Below are positions 17,276-26,648 of a stretch of 64,000 bases of DNA, piece after piece; the first letter of the stretch is position 1; every line of letters begins with the position of its first letter. This stretch comes from Candidatus Blackallbacteria bacterium (GTDB lineage Bacteria; Cyanobacteriota; Sericytochromatia; UBA7694): positions 20,015-84,014 of the forward strand of contig JBPXJQ010000049.1 in assembly GCA_051715345.1 (NCBI GenBank), in the 5' to 3' direction. The notes under the pieces are model-generated. The model was not told the origin of the DNA, made no database searches, and worked only from the letters and a program-made list of their open reading frames with translations. A program made the translations under genes and the position numbers.

Positions 17276-19422
17276 GTTCAAACGTGGATTTTGAGCCCCC
17301 CCACAGCGATGATTGGATTGAATTGACCCAGTTGGAAGACCTCCTGCCGCCTGCCAGCGTGGCGGACCCCGCGTCCCCACTTTTGCCGCCGGCCCCTGAG
17401 CGCTATACCTTTATGGGCACCGTTGGCAAAGGCGCCATGGGTGAGGTTTTGCTGGCCCAAGATGTGCATCTGCGTCGCAAGGTGGCGTACAAAAAAATTC
17501 TGCCGCAGATGGCTGTCAGTCAGCAGGTGTTGAGTCGCTTTTTTGCCGAGGCGCAAATCACGGCTCAACTCGATCACCCGGCCATTATTCCGGTTTACAA
17601 CCTGGAAGTCAGTCCCGAAGGCCAAATCGCCTATTCGATGAAGCTGATTCAAGGCAAAACCCTCAAAGAGCTGATCAGCGAAGCCCGCGAGCAATACCAA
17701 GCCGGTCAAACCCCCGATCCCCAGCACAGTCTGGATACCTTGCTCAGGCATTTCCTCAAAGTCTGCGATGCCCTGTATTTTGCCCATATCAAAGGGGTGA
17801 TTCACCGCGATCTCAAGCCCGCCAATATCATGGTGGGCATGTACCACGAGGTCTATGTGATGGACTGGGGCATCGCCCGAATTATGGGGGGGGCCGAAGC
17901 CCGGATCGATGACGAGGTGGTCAGGTTGATTCATCCCGATGCCGATGCGCCCCCGCTCGAGCGCACCCAAATGGGCCAAATCATGGGCACGCCGCGTTAT
18001 CTTTCACCGGAGCAGGCCGCCGGAAAAAACGATTTGCTCGATGGCCGCAGTGATCTCTTTGCCCTGGGCCTGATCCTGTTTGAATTGGTGACGCTCAAAC
18101 CGGCGTTTACAGCCAAGACCCAAATCGAACTCCTCAAAAAAATCCTCAAAGCCGAAAAAGAGCCGCTGGAACACAGCCAAGCGGGTGTCAAAATTGCCCC
18201 AGAATTAGAGGCGATTATTCACAAAGCCACCGCCCGGCGCAAAGAGCATCGCTACGCTGATGTGGCCGAATTGGCCGAAGATCTGCGCCGCTATTTGCGG
18301 GGCGAAGCGGTGCTTGCCAGCCCAGATCGTTTTTGGCAAAAGGCCCGCCGCTATATGAGGCAACACCGGCAAGCCACGCTGCTGGGGCTGTCTCTGCTGG
18401 TTTTTCTCTCGCTCAGCGGTGCGGCTGGGTTATTGGCCTTGCGTAGCCAGGCCATGTTGGCCGCACGGGCTCACGAACAGCGTCTGGGGGGCTTTCTCGA
18501 AACCGTGGCAGAGCGCAGCCGTTTGCTCGACCGGCAGTTTTTTCTGACCGAGATGGCCCTGGAAAGTCTGTCGGCGATTGTCACTGAGGCCCTGTTTCAG
18601 GGGGAGCGCAGCGGCCAACGTCTGTATCTGGACGCGGATTATGCCCAAGCGCCGCCCCCAGATTTTGGCTTTGCGCCCCGCTATGGCAAAGCGATTAGCA
18701 CGGCCTGGCCGGTGTTTAAATTGGCCCCTGGCAGTGATTTAAACGCCCTGCGTGGGCAAATGCAGAAGCTCAATCGCCTGCATTTGGATCTGGGCCGCCT
18801 CTTTTTACGCGGGCAATTGGGCAATTTGCCTGTGCCGCCACCCGCGCAATTGCGCCAGAAGATAGTGACCGGGGAAGGCACCCTCTTGCGTTGGGTCTTT
18901 GCGGGGCTCAAAGAGGGCCTGATGTTTGCCTATCCCGGCAAAGGGGGCTATCCCGCTGATTATGATCCCAGGCAACGCCCCTGGTACAAACAAAGTGTTC
19001 AGACCCGGGGTCTGCACTGGCAAAAACCCTATTTGGATGTGCAGGGCCAAGGCCTGATGCTGACCTGCACCCGTGCACTGTATGACTATAACGAGCGCTT
19101 TTTGGGTGTCGCAGGGGCTGAAATTGCCCTCAAAGACATTCTCAAATTATTGCCCCTGCCCGATGCCCGCGCCCGCAAGGTCTATTTGCTCAATCAGGCC
19201 ATGCAGGTGGTTGCCGAACAGAGCACAGGCCAAGCTGCCAAGACCATGGGCGCGGCAGGCCTCAGTTTGGCTTTTCCCTGGCCCGAAGCCCTGCCCGCTT
19301 TGCGTTCCCGCGACAGTGGCTTTGTCCACCAGGGCCAAACGCTGTTGGTCTTTTACCGCCTGGATATTCTCGGTTGGACCTATGTGGTCGAAGCGGATCA
19401 GGCTTTGGAGCTGCAGCCATGA
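17272..19422 (+). CDS. Transmembrane Ser/Thr protein kinase with C-terminal extracytoplasmic Cache-like sensor domain
   Basis: It has a Gly loop GKGAMG, VAYKK, a catalytic loop HRDLKPANIM and DWG. There is one TM segment (LLGLSLLVFLSLSGAAGLLAL), followed by a domain with the YDPRQRPWY Cache motif. The start overlaps the carB stop; the table ORF starts at 17233. Confidence 0.85.
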   Translation: MSSNVDFEPPHSDDWIELTQLEDLLPPASVADPASPLLPPAPERYTFMGTVGKGAMGEVLLAQDVHLRRKVAYKKILPQMAVSQQVLSRFFAEAQITAQLDHPAIIPVYNLEVSPEGQIAYSMKLIQGKTLKELISEAREQYQAGQTPDPQHSLDTLLRHFLKVCDALYFAHIKGVIHRDLKPANIMVGMYHEVYVMDWGIARIMGGAEARIDDEVVRLIHPDADAPPLERTQMGQIMGTPRYLSPEQAAGKNDLLDGRSDLFALGLILFELVTLKPAFTAKTQIELLKKILKAEKEPLEHSQAGVKIAPELEAIIHKATARRKEHRYADVAELAEDLRRYLRGEAVLASPDRFWQKARRYMRQHRQATLLGLSLLVFLSLSGAAGLLALRSQAMLAARAHEQRLGGFLETVAERSRLLDRQFFLTEMALESLSAIVTEALFQGERSGQRLYLDADYAQAPPPDFGFAPRYGKAISTAWPVFKLAPGSDLNALRGQMQKLNRLHLDLGRLFLRGQLGNLPVPPPAQLRQKIVTGEGTLLRWVFAGLKEGLMFAYPGKGGYPADYDPRQRPWYKQSVQTRGLHWQKPYLDVQGQGLMLTCTRALYDYNERFLGVAGAEIALKDILKLLPLPDARARKVYLLNQAMQVVAEQSTGQAAKTMGAAGLSLAFPWPEALPALRSRDSGFVHQGQTLLVFYRLDILGWTYVVEADQALELQP

Positions 19423-21518
19423 GCCCAGAACAGATTTCTACCCCTGACGAAATGGAAGAATTGCTGCAGACGATCACGGCTGATTATAAACTCAGCTCAG
19501 AGCAACTCAGCACCCCGGGGCGTCAGTTTTACGCCCTGATCGCACATTTGGCAGAAGGTGAAATGGGCCAGATAGATTTGGTCAAAGAGAGCGCCTTGCA
19601 GCGCAAAGTGGCGATGAAAATGGTGCGCCAGCAAGAAAAACCGGCCCGCATTCGCCGTTTTTTGTTGGAGGCGCAAATCACAGCCCAATTGGACCATCCG
19701 CATATTGTGCCCGTTTACAGCCTCGAAAACACCCAAGCCGGTCTGGCATATACCATGAAACGGGTCCAGGGCCAGACCTTCCGAGAGCTGATCGATGCCG
19801 CACAATCGCAAACCCTGCCCGTGATGCCTTTGACCCAGCGTTTGGAAGTCTTTTTGGCTGTGTGTGATGCCCTGGAATATGCCCACAGCCGGGGCGTGAT
19901 TCACCGCGAATTGGAGCCCAATAACTTGATGATCGGCCATTTTCATGAGGTCTATGTGATGGATTGGGGCTTGGCCCGTGTCTTGCCCGATTCGCCTTTA
20001 GAAGTGCGCATTCCGCCAGAATTGGATCAAGATCAAGTCGACGACAGTCCACTTGAAGGCAATCTCTGCTATTTTTCGCCCGAACAGGCCAAAGGGCAAT
20101 GGGCCGAACTGGATCAGCGCAGCGATCTCTATGTGCTCGGCCTGATACTTTACGAATGGATTTGTCTGCGCCCTGCCCGCACGGGTGATTCTTACCTGGC
20201 GCTCTTGCAAATGGCTGAACAGGGCTGGATCAACCCACCCGCTTTGCCTGGCGCACAAAAACTCCCGAGTGAGCTCACTGCGATTTTGCGCAAAGCTACG
20301 GCTTTAAAGCCTGAGCAGCGCTACGCCAGTGCCAGCGCCTTGGCTGATGACCTGCGCCGCTATTTAAAGGGGGAGAGTGTCTCTGCCCAACGGGACACCC
20401 TTTTGCAGAGCACAAGCCGGCTGTTCGTCAAGCACCAGTTATTGGCCCTTGGCACGGTCTTGACATTGGTTTTGCTCTGTTCTCTGCTCGGGCTCTGGAG
20501 TCTCTGGAGCCAGCAGCGTGAATTGGCGCGTTTGCGGGCCCGCGAACAGGCCCTCAATCGCTATTTGGGTGCCGTTTATGCGCAAAGCCGTCTGATGAAC
20601 CGCCAATTTCTCAAAGCCGAAATGCAACTCGAAGCGCTGTCCGCGGTGGCGGTCTCCCATCTGACCCAGCAAAATCCGGTCAGGGATCGCTATTATTTGC
20701 ACACAAAATTTACCCCCCCCGATCAGGTGGCCTCCAAGCAATTTCACAGCCAGCTCAGTGTCAATTGGCCCCTTTCGGTCAAAACCTGGTCTTTGCCTGA
20801 ATCCCAAGTGGCAAAAGAATTGGGTGAATTGTCCAGTTTGCGCCATTTTCAAAAACGCCTCTTGATCGAGAGCAAAACCCCCGAACGGCTCAGCGCGTTG
20901 GAGAAACAAACCCTGATAGCCCAAAGCGGCACCCCCGTGAGTTATGCCACTTTGGTGCTCAAACAAGGCGCGGGGGCCTGGCTGCCGGGGGGCGATTTTG
21001 AGAGCCACAACTACGATCCGGTGATCCGGCCCTTTTACAAATTTGGGGCCTACCAACACGCCCGGCGCTGGGGCAATCCGTATATCGACGTCAGTGGGGC
21101 TGGCTTGCTTTTGATTGCCGCCACAGGTCTCTTCGATCACCAGAACCAGTTTTTGGGCACCGCCAGTCTGGATGTTAAATTTGACACGATCATTCAGACC
21201 ATGTTGGCCCTGCCACCGGCTTTGCGCACTTTAAAAGGGGGGTATTTACTCGATGACCAGGGCCGGATTGCGATTCGCTCGAATCAAAAAGGCCAAAAGT
21301 TTTCAGCCACCATTCACCCCGATTTAAAATTGCCCGACTACCCCCACCCGGCTGTGGTGAAAGCGATCAAGGCCCAACAATCGGGCCACCAGATTTTGCC
21401 CGGCAAACAGCCGCTTTTGGTGGCCTATTACCGCATTCCCGCTTTGGGTTGGTATTATCTGGTCGAAAGCGATTTGGAAAAGGCCTTGCAAGCGGCAGAT
21501 TTGAGTAAAGAAAACTAG
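19419..21518 (+). CDS. Paralogous Cache-domain transmembrane pseudokinase (degenerate catalytic loop HRELEPNN, degenerate Gly loop)
   Basis: It has the same architecture as the upstream kinase, but HRD->HRE, K->E and a Gly loop AEGEMGQ. It retains VAMK and DWG. There is a TM segment and a Cache-like C-terminus (YDPVIRPFY). Its ATG overlaps the kinase-1 stop as ATGA. Confidence 0.8.
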   Translation: MSPEQISTPDEMEELLQTITADYKLSSEQLSTPGRQFYALIAHLAEGEMGQIDLVKESALQRKVAMKMVRQQEKPARIRRFLLEAQITAQLDHPHIVPVYSLENTQAGLAYTMKRVQGQTFRELIDAAQSQTLPVMPLTQRLEVFLAVCDALEYAHSRGVIHRELEPNNLMIGHFHEVYVMDWGLARVLPDSPLEVRIPPELDQDQVDDSPLEGNLCYFSPEQAKGQWAELDQRSDLYVLGLILYEWICLRPARTGDSYLALLQMAEQGWINPPALPGAQKLPSELTAILRKATALKPEQRYASASALADDLRRYLKGESVSAQRDTLLQSTSRLFVKHQLLALGTVLTLVLLCSLLGLWSLWSQQRELARLRAREQALNRYLGAVYAQSRLMNRQFLKAEMQLEALSAVAVSHLTQQNPVRDRYYLHTKFTPPDQVASKQFHSQLSVNWPLSVKTWSLPESQVAKELGELSSLRHFQKRLLIESKTPERLSALEKQTLIAQSGTPVSYATLVLKQGAGAWLPGGDFESHNYDPVIRPFYKFGAYQHARRWGNPYIDVSGAGLLLIAATGLFDHQNQFLGTASLDVKFDTIIQTMLALPPALRTLKGGYLLDDQGRIAIRSNQKGQKFSATIHPDLKLPDYPHPAVVKAIKAQQSGHQILPGKQPLLVAYYRIPALGWYYLVESDLEKALQAADLSKEN

Positions 21519-21545
21519 CTTTTTCTAATAATGCGATTATAACCA

Positions 21546-21573
21546 TTGACTTGGGGCTTGACCTTGTTAAAAT
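21546..21573 (+). promoter_or_regulatory. Candidate sigma70-type promoter (TTGACT-N16-TAAAAT) for the channel gene
   Basis: -35 TTGACT is at 21546-21551 and -10 TAAAAT at 21568-21573, in the 130-bp intergenic gap upstream of the 21650 start. Confidence 0.4.
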
Positions 21574-21649
21574 GGGGCTGGCTAAGCAAAGCTGAATATT
21601 CACTTAAAAAACAGTTTCGCAGTAAATTCTCTCTATTCAGGAGCCTCTG

Positions 21650-23560
21650 GTGGGCAAAATTCCCCTTTCGTACCGTCTGCGCTATCATTTCGACAATACC
21701 ATGTCCAAAGGCACACCCGCCTTGATTGGCTGGCTTTTTGCGATCACTGCTTTGGTGATTTTTTTGGTGGCCTTGGGCCTGATCAATTCCCCACTGGTGC
21801 CGATCGAAGACAAAAAACCGATTGGACTGGATAAAGCACTCTGGAATGTGCTGATGCGTTCCATAGACGCTGGCACTGTGGCGGGCGATGTTGGCACCTG
21901 GCCCTATTTGCTGCTGATGTTAGGTGTCACCTTTTTTGGCATTTTTGTTGTCAGCATCTTGATTGGCCTTTTGACCAGCGGGATAGAAAACAAAATGGAC
22001 GAATTGCGCAAAGGCCGTTCGCGGGTGATTGAAAGCAATCACACCGTGATTCTGGGCTGGTCCTCTCAGGTTTTCACGATTATCTCTGAATTGATGGTGG
22101 CCAATGAAAATGTCAAGCGCCCGGCGATTGCCATTTTGGCCGAAAAAGACAAAGTCGAGATGGAAGATGAGATCCGCGACCGTTTGGGGGGAACGGGCAA
22201 TACCCGTGTGATCTGCCGCAGTGGCAATCCGATTGAAATGAGCGATTTGCAGATCGTCAATCCCCAAGATGCCCGATCGATTGTGATTCTGGCTCCCGAA
22301 GACTCCCAAGATCCCGACTCCCACGTGATCAAAACCATTTTGGCTTTAACCAACCACCCCGAGCGCAAGCCCGAACCCTACCATATTGTCGCTGAAATTC
22401 ACTCGCCACAAAATCTCGATGTGGCCAAAATGGTCGGCGGTGACGAAGTTGAATTGGTTTTGGGCGAAGATCTCATTGCGAGAATCTCTGTTCAGACCTG
22501 CCGCCAATCGGGCCTGTCGGTGGTCTATACCGAATTATTGGACTTTGACGGCGACGAAATTTACTTTCAAGCAGAACCCGGTTTGGTTGGCAAAACCTTT
22601 GCCGAAGCGATCATGTCTTACGAAGAGTCGGCCCTGATGGGGCTGCGCAAAGCCGATGGCGACATTTTGATCAATCCCCCGCTCGAAAGCCTGATCGCCA
22701 CCGGAGATAAGGTGATCGCCATTGCCCGTGACGATGATGCGGTGGTGCTTTCCAAGACCAGCGATCACCAGATCGACGAAAATGCAATTCAATTGCGCGC
22801 TCCCGAGGCCAATGTTCCTGAAAAAACCCTGATTCTGGGCTGGAATCAGCGGGGCTTTATTATCATGTCGGAGCTCGACAATTATGTCAGCCCGAACTCA
22901 GCCTTGACGATTGTGGCCGATGTAGAAGAAGCTGTCGAAATGGCGATTCGGGCCCGCAGCGAAAACATGACAAACCAAAGTCTGAGTTTTACCCAGGCAG
23001 ATACCACCGATCGCAAAGTGCTGGAAAGCCTTCAGTTGGAGAACTTTGCGCATATTATTACCCTGAGTTATTCCGACACGCTTGAAATTCAAGCTGCAGA
23101 CGCCAAAACCCTGGTGACCCTGTTGCACCTCAGAGATATCTCCGAAAAAAGCCAGGTCAGCCTTTCGATTGTCAGCGAGATGTTGGATTCACGCAACCGC
23201 GAGCTGGCCTCGGTGACCCAGGCCGACGATTTTATTGTCAGCGATAAACTGATCAGTTTGATGCTCTCTCAGCTCTCAGAAAACAAAGAGCTGGGCCGGG
23301 TTTTTGACGATCTCTTTCAATCCGAGGGCTCCGAAATCTACCTCAAACCGATCGACGAATATATCCGCCTGGATCAGCCTGTCAATTTTTATACCCTGCT
23401 CAAAGCGGCCAGTCAGCGCGGAGAGTTGGCGATTGGCTATCGCCTGCAGGCCCACGCCCAGGATCGGGAAAATGGCTTTGGCGTCAAAGTCAATCCGAAA
23501 AAATCTGAGCGGATTCAATTTGGCCCCTTGGACAAATTGATCGTCTTGGCCGAAGATTAA
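21650..23560 (+). CDS. CASTOR/POLLUX (DMI1)-like ion channel with tandem RCK/TrkA-N domains
   Basis: 636 aa with N-terminal TM helices. HTVILGWSSQVFTIISEL matches the CASTOR/POLLUX ILGWSD motif, and there are two RCK-like NAD-fold halves. The GTG start is as called; an ATG 17 codons downstream is an alternative. Confidence 0.6.
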   Translation: MGKIPLSYRLRYHFDNTMSKGTPALIGWLFAITALVIFLVALGLINSPLVPIEDKKPIGLDKALWNVLMRSIDAGTVAGDVGTWPYLLLMLGVTFFGIFVVSILIGLLTSGIENKMDELRKGRSRVIESNHTVILGWSSQVFTIISELMVANENVKRPAIAILAEKDKVEMEDEIRDRLGGTGNTRVICRSGNPIEMSDLQIVNPQDARSIVILAPEDSQDPDSHVIKTILALTNHPERKPEPYHIVAEIHSPQNLDVAKMVGGDEVELVLGEDLIARISVQTCRQSGLSVVYTELLDFDGDEIYFQAEPGLVGKTFAEAIMSYEESALMGLRKADGDILINPPLESLIATGDKVIAIARDDDAVVLSKTSDHQIDENAIQLRAPEANVPEKTLILGWNQRGFIIMSELDNYVSPNSALTIVADVEEAVEMAIRARSENMTNQSLSFTQADTTDRKVLESLQLENFAHIITLSYSDTLEIQAADAKTLVTLLHLRDISEKSQVSLSIVSEMLDSRNRELASVTQADDFIVSDKLISLMLSQLSENKELGRVFDDLFQSEGSEIYLKPIDEYIRLDQPVNFYTLLKAASQRGELAIGYRLQAHAQDRENGFGVKVNPKKSERIQFGPLDKLIVLAED

Positions 23561-25449
23561 AACAATTTCAGGTCTTCAAACACATCGTCGCGGTTGCGCA
23601 CATAGAGGTAATCCCCTTTTTGGAGTTTGGAAAGGCTGGGATCTGTGGGGGTGCCAAACGATTCCGTATATTGATACAGTCCAGGAAAGTTCGCGGCTGT
23701 CATGCGGGGGGACTGTTTAAATGGATTGAGGGCCGACCATTGCGAGCTGTAATCGTCTTGCAATGCGCTGAATTTTTGCACCTCGGCTGGGGACATCTCA
23801 ACAACCTGCACCTGCTGATTATTAAAGGCATAGACCCGTTCGCCCACTTTGGCCAGGTTAAAGACATGGCCGGGTTGGCGTATCGGCAAAGACAGATTTC
23901 CGGGGGCAAGGGTATCGAGCAGAATTTGAGAGAGTTTGGTAAAGCCTTCACAATCGATCAGGGCCCGGCCATCAGGCAGCCGGTCCAAAGGGGGAGGGCT
24001 GCCAAAGAAAACCTTTTCCGACATGCCCAAACGCTCAGACAAATGGGCCAGGGCTGACCAAGAGCTGCCTTTGCCAGGATGTTCGTAATGGGCCCTGAGG
24101 TAGAGGCCTATAAAGTTGACTTGGTCTTCGGGCGTCTTGAGCTTGGCTTTGATCGCTTTAATGGCATTGAAGTCGTGGGGGTTGGCGGGTTCAAAACCAT
24201 ATTTACTGCGCAATTCCTGGCGGGCCCCCTCTGCTTTGCGGGCCCCTTCACTCAAGTTCAGGTCTTTGAGGGTGTTTTTGCTGGGCTCTAAAATCCGCAG
24301 TTTCTGGCCCTCAACCTCTAAATTCCAGCCCCCGCGCTCGATTAAATCGGGATCTGAAAGGGTTTTTTCGATCTGTTTGAGATTGGCTTGAAAGGCTTCC
24401 AGGTCTGCTTTGGGCAATTTTAAGGGCTCAAAGCTGTGGGTCATATAGGGCCTGGGCTGTTGGCCCTTTTCAAAGGCAAAGGAGCTGTTGCCAAAGATGT
24501 TCAGGGCTTCGGGCCGACTGAGCTGGGTCATGATTTGAACCAGGCGTTGGGCATGGGGGGGATTGCCTGCCTGTTTGAGGGTTTGCAGGAGGGTTTTGAC
24601 AGCGTGGGGAGAGGCTTTGGCCAAGTCCAAGCTCGATAAATTGGCGGCGTTGCCATCGGCGGCCATCCAGGCTTTGAGGGTCGTTTTGGCGGATGCAGGC
24701 AATTGGTCTAAATCTGCCTGACTGATACGGGTGGGCTGATTCAACATCTGTTTCCAGGCGATAGCTTCTTGCAAAGCCGTTGCAAGCTTTTGCTCTGGGG
24801 CTGTGGGCTTGTACTTGAGCAGATGATTGTTCTCAGCTGCTTTGAGCTGAAACAGCCAGGTCATGTCTTCGGGCGAGGGGTCGGGAGGGGGGGACGTTTG
24901 GTAATGGGCCAATTTACCGGCTACATCTTGGGCTTTGAGGCCCTCCGCCAATTTTGCCGCTGCTGTTTGCTGAGCGGCGATCACATTTGGCACGTCGATT
25001 TTCGCGGGGTCGTCCAAAAACGAGAGGCTGGGTGTTGCGTTGCCTTCGGTCTCAAACCTGGGCAAAATTGAAGGCAGGAGAATGACTTGGCCTGCTTGGA
25101 GCTGATTGGGAGAGGTGAGTTTGTTGAGCTTGGCGGCGGCCTGCACCCAACGTTGAATATCTTGGGGACTGTTGTTTTGGGGCGGCAATTTTTGCTTGGC
25201 AATCTTTTCAAGGCTCTCACCCTTTTCGACCTTGTGGGCAGTAGGACCAAACCCCAGGCCCATACTCAAGCTGGCCATGCCCCCAAATACACCAAAATCT
25301 CCAGGTGGTTTCGCGCCTGATTCTTCAGGTAAACAGCCCTCCAGAGGCGGCTTCGCAGGCGAGGATTGCGGTAACTTTTGCGGCTGAGTCTGACCTTTGG
25401 CAGATTCAGTTGGCGGGTAGTATGAGGGCTGTGGTTTTATACTTGTCAT
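23557..25449 (-). CDS. Hypothetical Pro/Gln-rich protein with LysM-like segment
   Basis: 630 aa. It has a low-complexity N-terminus. ESLEKIAKQKL...LQAGQVILLP resembles a LysM motif. No other recognisable domain. Confidence 0.4.
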   Translation of the reverse strand: MTSIKPQPSYYPPTESAKGQTQPQKLPQSSPAKPPLEGCLPEESGAKPPGDFGVFGGMASLSMGLGFGPTAHKVEKGESLEKIAKQKLPPQNNSPQDIQRWVQAAAKLNKLTSPNQLQAGQVILLPSILPRFETEGNATPSLSFLDDPAKIDVPNVIAAQQTAAAKLAEGLKAQDVAGKLAHYQTSPPPDPSPEDMTWLFQLKAAENNHLLKYKPTAPEQKLATALQEAIAWKQMLNQPTRISQADLDQLPASAKTTLKAWMAADGNAANLSSLDLAKASPHAVKTLLQTLKQAGNPPHAQRLVQIMTQLSRPEALNIFGNSSFAFEKGQQPRPYMTHSFEPLKLPKADLEAFQANLKQIEKTLSDPDLIERGGWNLEVEGQKLRILEPSKNTLKDLNLSEGARKAEGARQELRSKYGFEPANPHDFNAIKAIKAKLKTPEDQVNFIGLYLRAHYEHPGKGSSWSALAHLSERLGMSEKVFFGSPPPLDRLPDGRALIDCEGFTKLSQILLDTLAPGNLSLPIRQPGHVFNLAKVGERVYAFNNQQVQVVEMSPAEVQKFSALQDDYSSQWSALNPFKQSPRMTAANFPGLYQYTESFGTPTDPSLSKLQKGDYLYVRNRDDVFEDLKLF

Positions 25450-25493
25450 GGTGTCTCTGAATGATTATCGCTCAAAGGCCCAAAAACTTGTCT

Positions 25494-26609
25494 TCAGGGC
25501 TGATTCAAATTCAGTTTGGGGATTACCGTTTGCAAGATTTTCTCGCTATAAGGGTAATCCTGAGGATCTCCCCCCAGCCAGCCCAGTTCAAACCTGTAAA
25601 AATCGGCCCAGGCAAAGTCAAACAGTTCCCGCCATTCCGCAACAAGCGTTTTTGCCAAGCGGGGATTGTCCAAGGCCTGTGCCAAAGTGTCAAAGTACAG
25701 ATCTAAATAGCGAGGAATCGCCTCGGAGGCTTGGGTTTCAGAGCAACAAGCCGACAAAAAATAGGCCAAATCTTTCATCCCGCAGCCCCTGCCAATGTAT
25801 TGAAAGTCCACGGCGGCCACCTGAGGGGGGGCGGTTGTGGGGGTTGAAAAACAGAAATTGGCGGGTTTGGCATCCCCGTGAATCAGGGTTTGAAAATGGC
25901 AGGTCTTGAGTTTTGTTGCAATGGCCGCTGCGGATGATTTGAGGGGACCTTGTGGCAGGGCCTGCCATTCGTCTGGACGCGTATCCAGATGCCAATAACT
26001 GCCCTCTTCCCAGAGTTCGGGGGCGACTTGGCCGAGAAAGCTTGCATGAAAATGGGCCAGCCAGCTCACAACTGCTGCCATTTCGGCGCTGTTTAAGTGT
26101 CGCCGCCGCTCGGGGTAGCCGACTGGGTCGAGGTCTTCTAAGAGCAGCCAATCGCCAGCTGGGGAGTGGCCCTGTGCGAGAAAGCGCGGGACCCGGCACG
26201 CTTGATTCAGGCCGCTGCTGTAGCGGCTGTACCAGGTCCGCTCGATCTGATACGATCTGACCTTACGCTGGTGGGAAAGGCTCTTTCCAGAGGTGTCAGC
26301 GGGGGGAGCGATCTGTTTTAAAATCACAGAGCCCATTGGAGCCCCTTCCAGATGCAGGCGCAGGATCTGGCCATAGCCTTTCCAAAGGGTTTGTACGGTC
26401 TCAATGCGGCTCAGGTCTTTGGCCCCGATTGCGTCTACAATGGGCGTCAGCCAGGGGCGCGGGACATTATTTGCGTTTTTCAAGTTCGGCCAACAGATCC
26501 GCGTGTTTGATGGCATTTTCATACTGCACTTCTGCGGAAATGTGTTCCTGTTCGCGGGCCACCAACGAGGCTTCGTAGAAAAAACCTCCCAGCCCCTGCT
26601 GCTGTTCAC
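25494..26609 (-). CDS. Phosphotransferase (APH/choline-kinase-like) family protein
   Basis: It has a LIHGDAKPANFCF catalytic loop and a DFQYIGRG Mg-binding motif. The 5' end is probably shorter than the table ORF, which overlaps the upstream small gene by about 140 bp. Confidence 0.6.
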   Translation of the reverse strand: MNSSRGWEVFSTKPRWWPANRNTFPQKCSMKMPSNTRICWPNLKNANNVPRPWLTPIVDAIGAKDLSRIETVQTLWKGYGQILRLHLEGAPMGSVILKQIAPPADTSGKSLSHQRKVRSYQIERTWYSRYSSGLNQACRVPRFLAQGHSPAGDWLLLEDLDPVGYPERRRHLNSAEMAAVVSWLAHFHASFLGQVAPELWEEGSYWHLDTRPDEWQALPQGPLKSSAAAIATKLKTCHFQTLIHGDAKPANFCFSTPTTAPPQVAAVDFQYIGRGCGMKDLAYFLSACCSETQASEAIPRYLDLYFDTLAQALDNPRLAKTLVAEWRELFDFAWADFYRFELGWLGGDPQDYPYSEKILQTVIPKLNLNQP

Positions 26610-26646
26610 TCAAACTTGGGGAATTCAGGCTTTCAAATTCTTGCAT
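26467..26646 (-). CDS. Small hypothetical protein (about 59 aa)
   Basis: There is a GAGGT RBS 5 nt upstream of the ATG at 26646. The start sits 3 bp after the stop of the upstream TPR-like gene. No homology recognised. Confidence 0.35.
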   Translation of the reverse strand: MQEFESLNSPSLSEQQQGLGGFFYEASLVAREQEHISAEVQYENAIKHADLLAELEKRK

Positions 26647-26648
26647 TT

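Noticed and set aside
25494-26609. Full 371-aa extent of the APH-like ORF
   Set aside because: The first ~50 codons overlap the upstream 59-aa gene and look like non-coding read-through from an alternative start. The gene is kept but with an uncertain, shorter 5' end.
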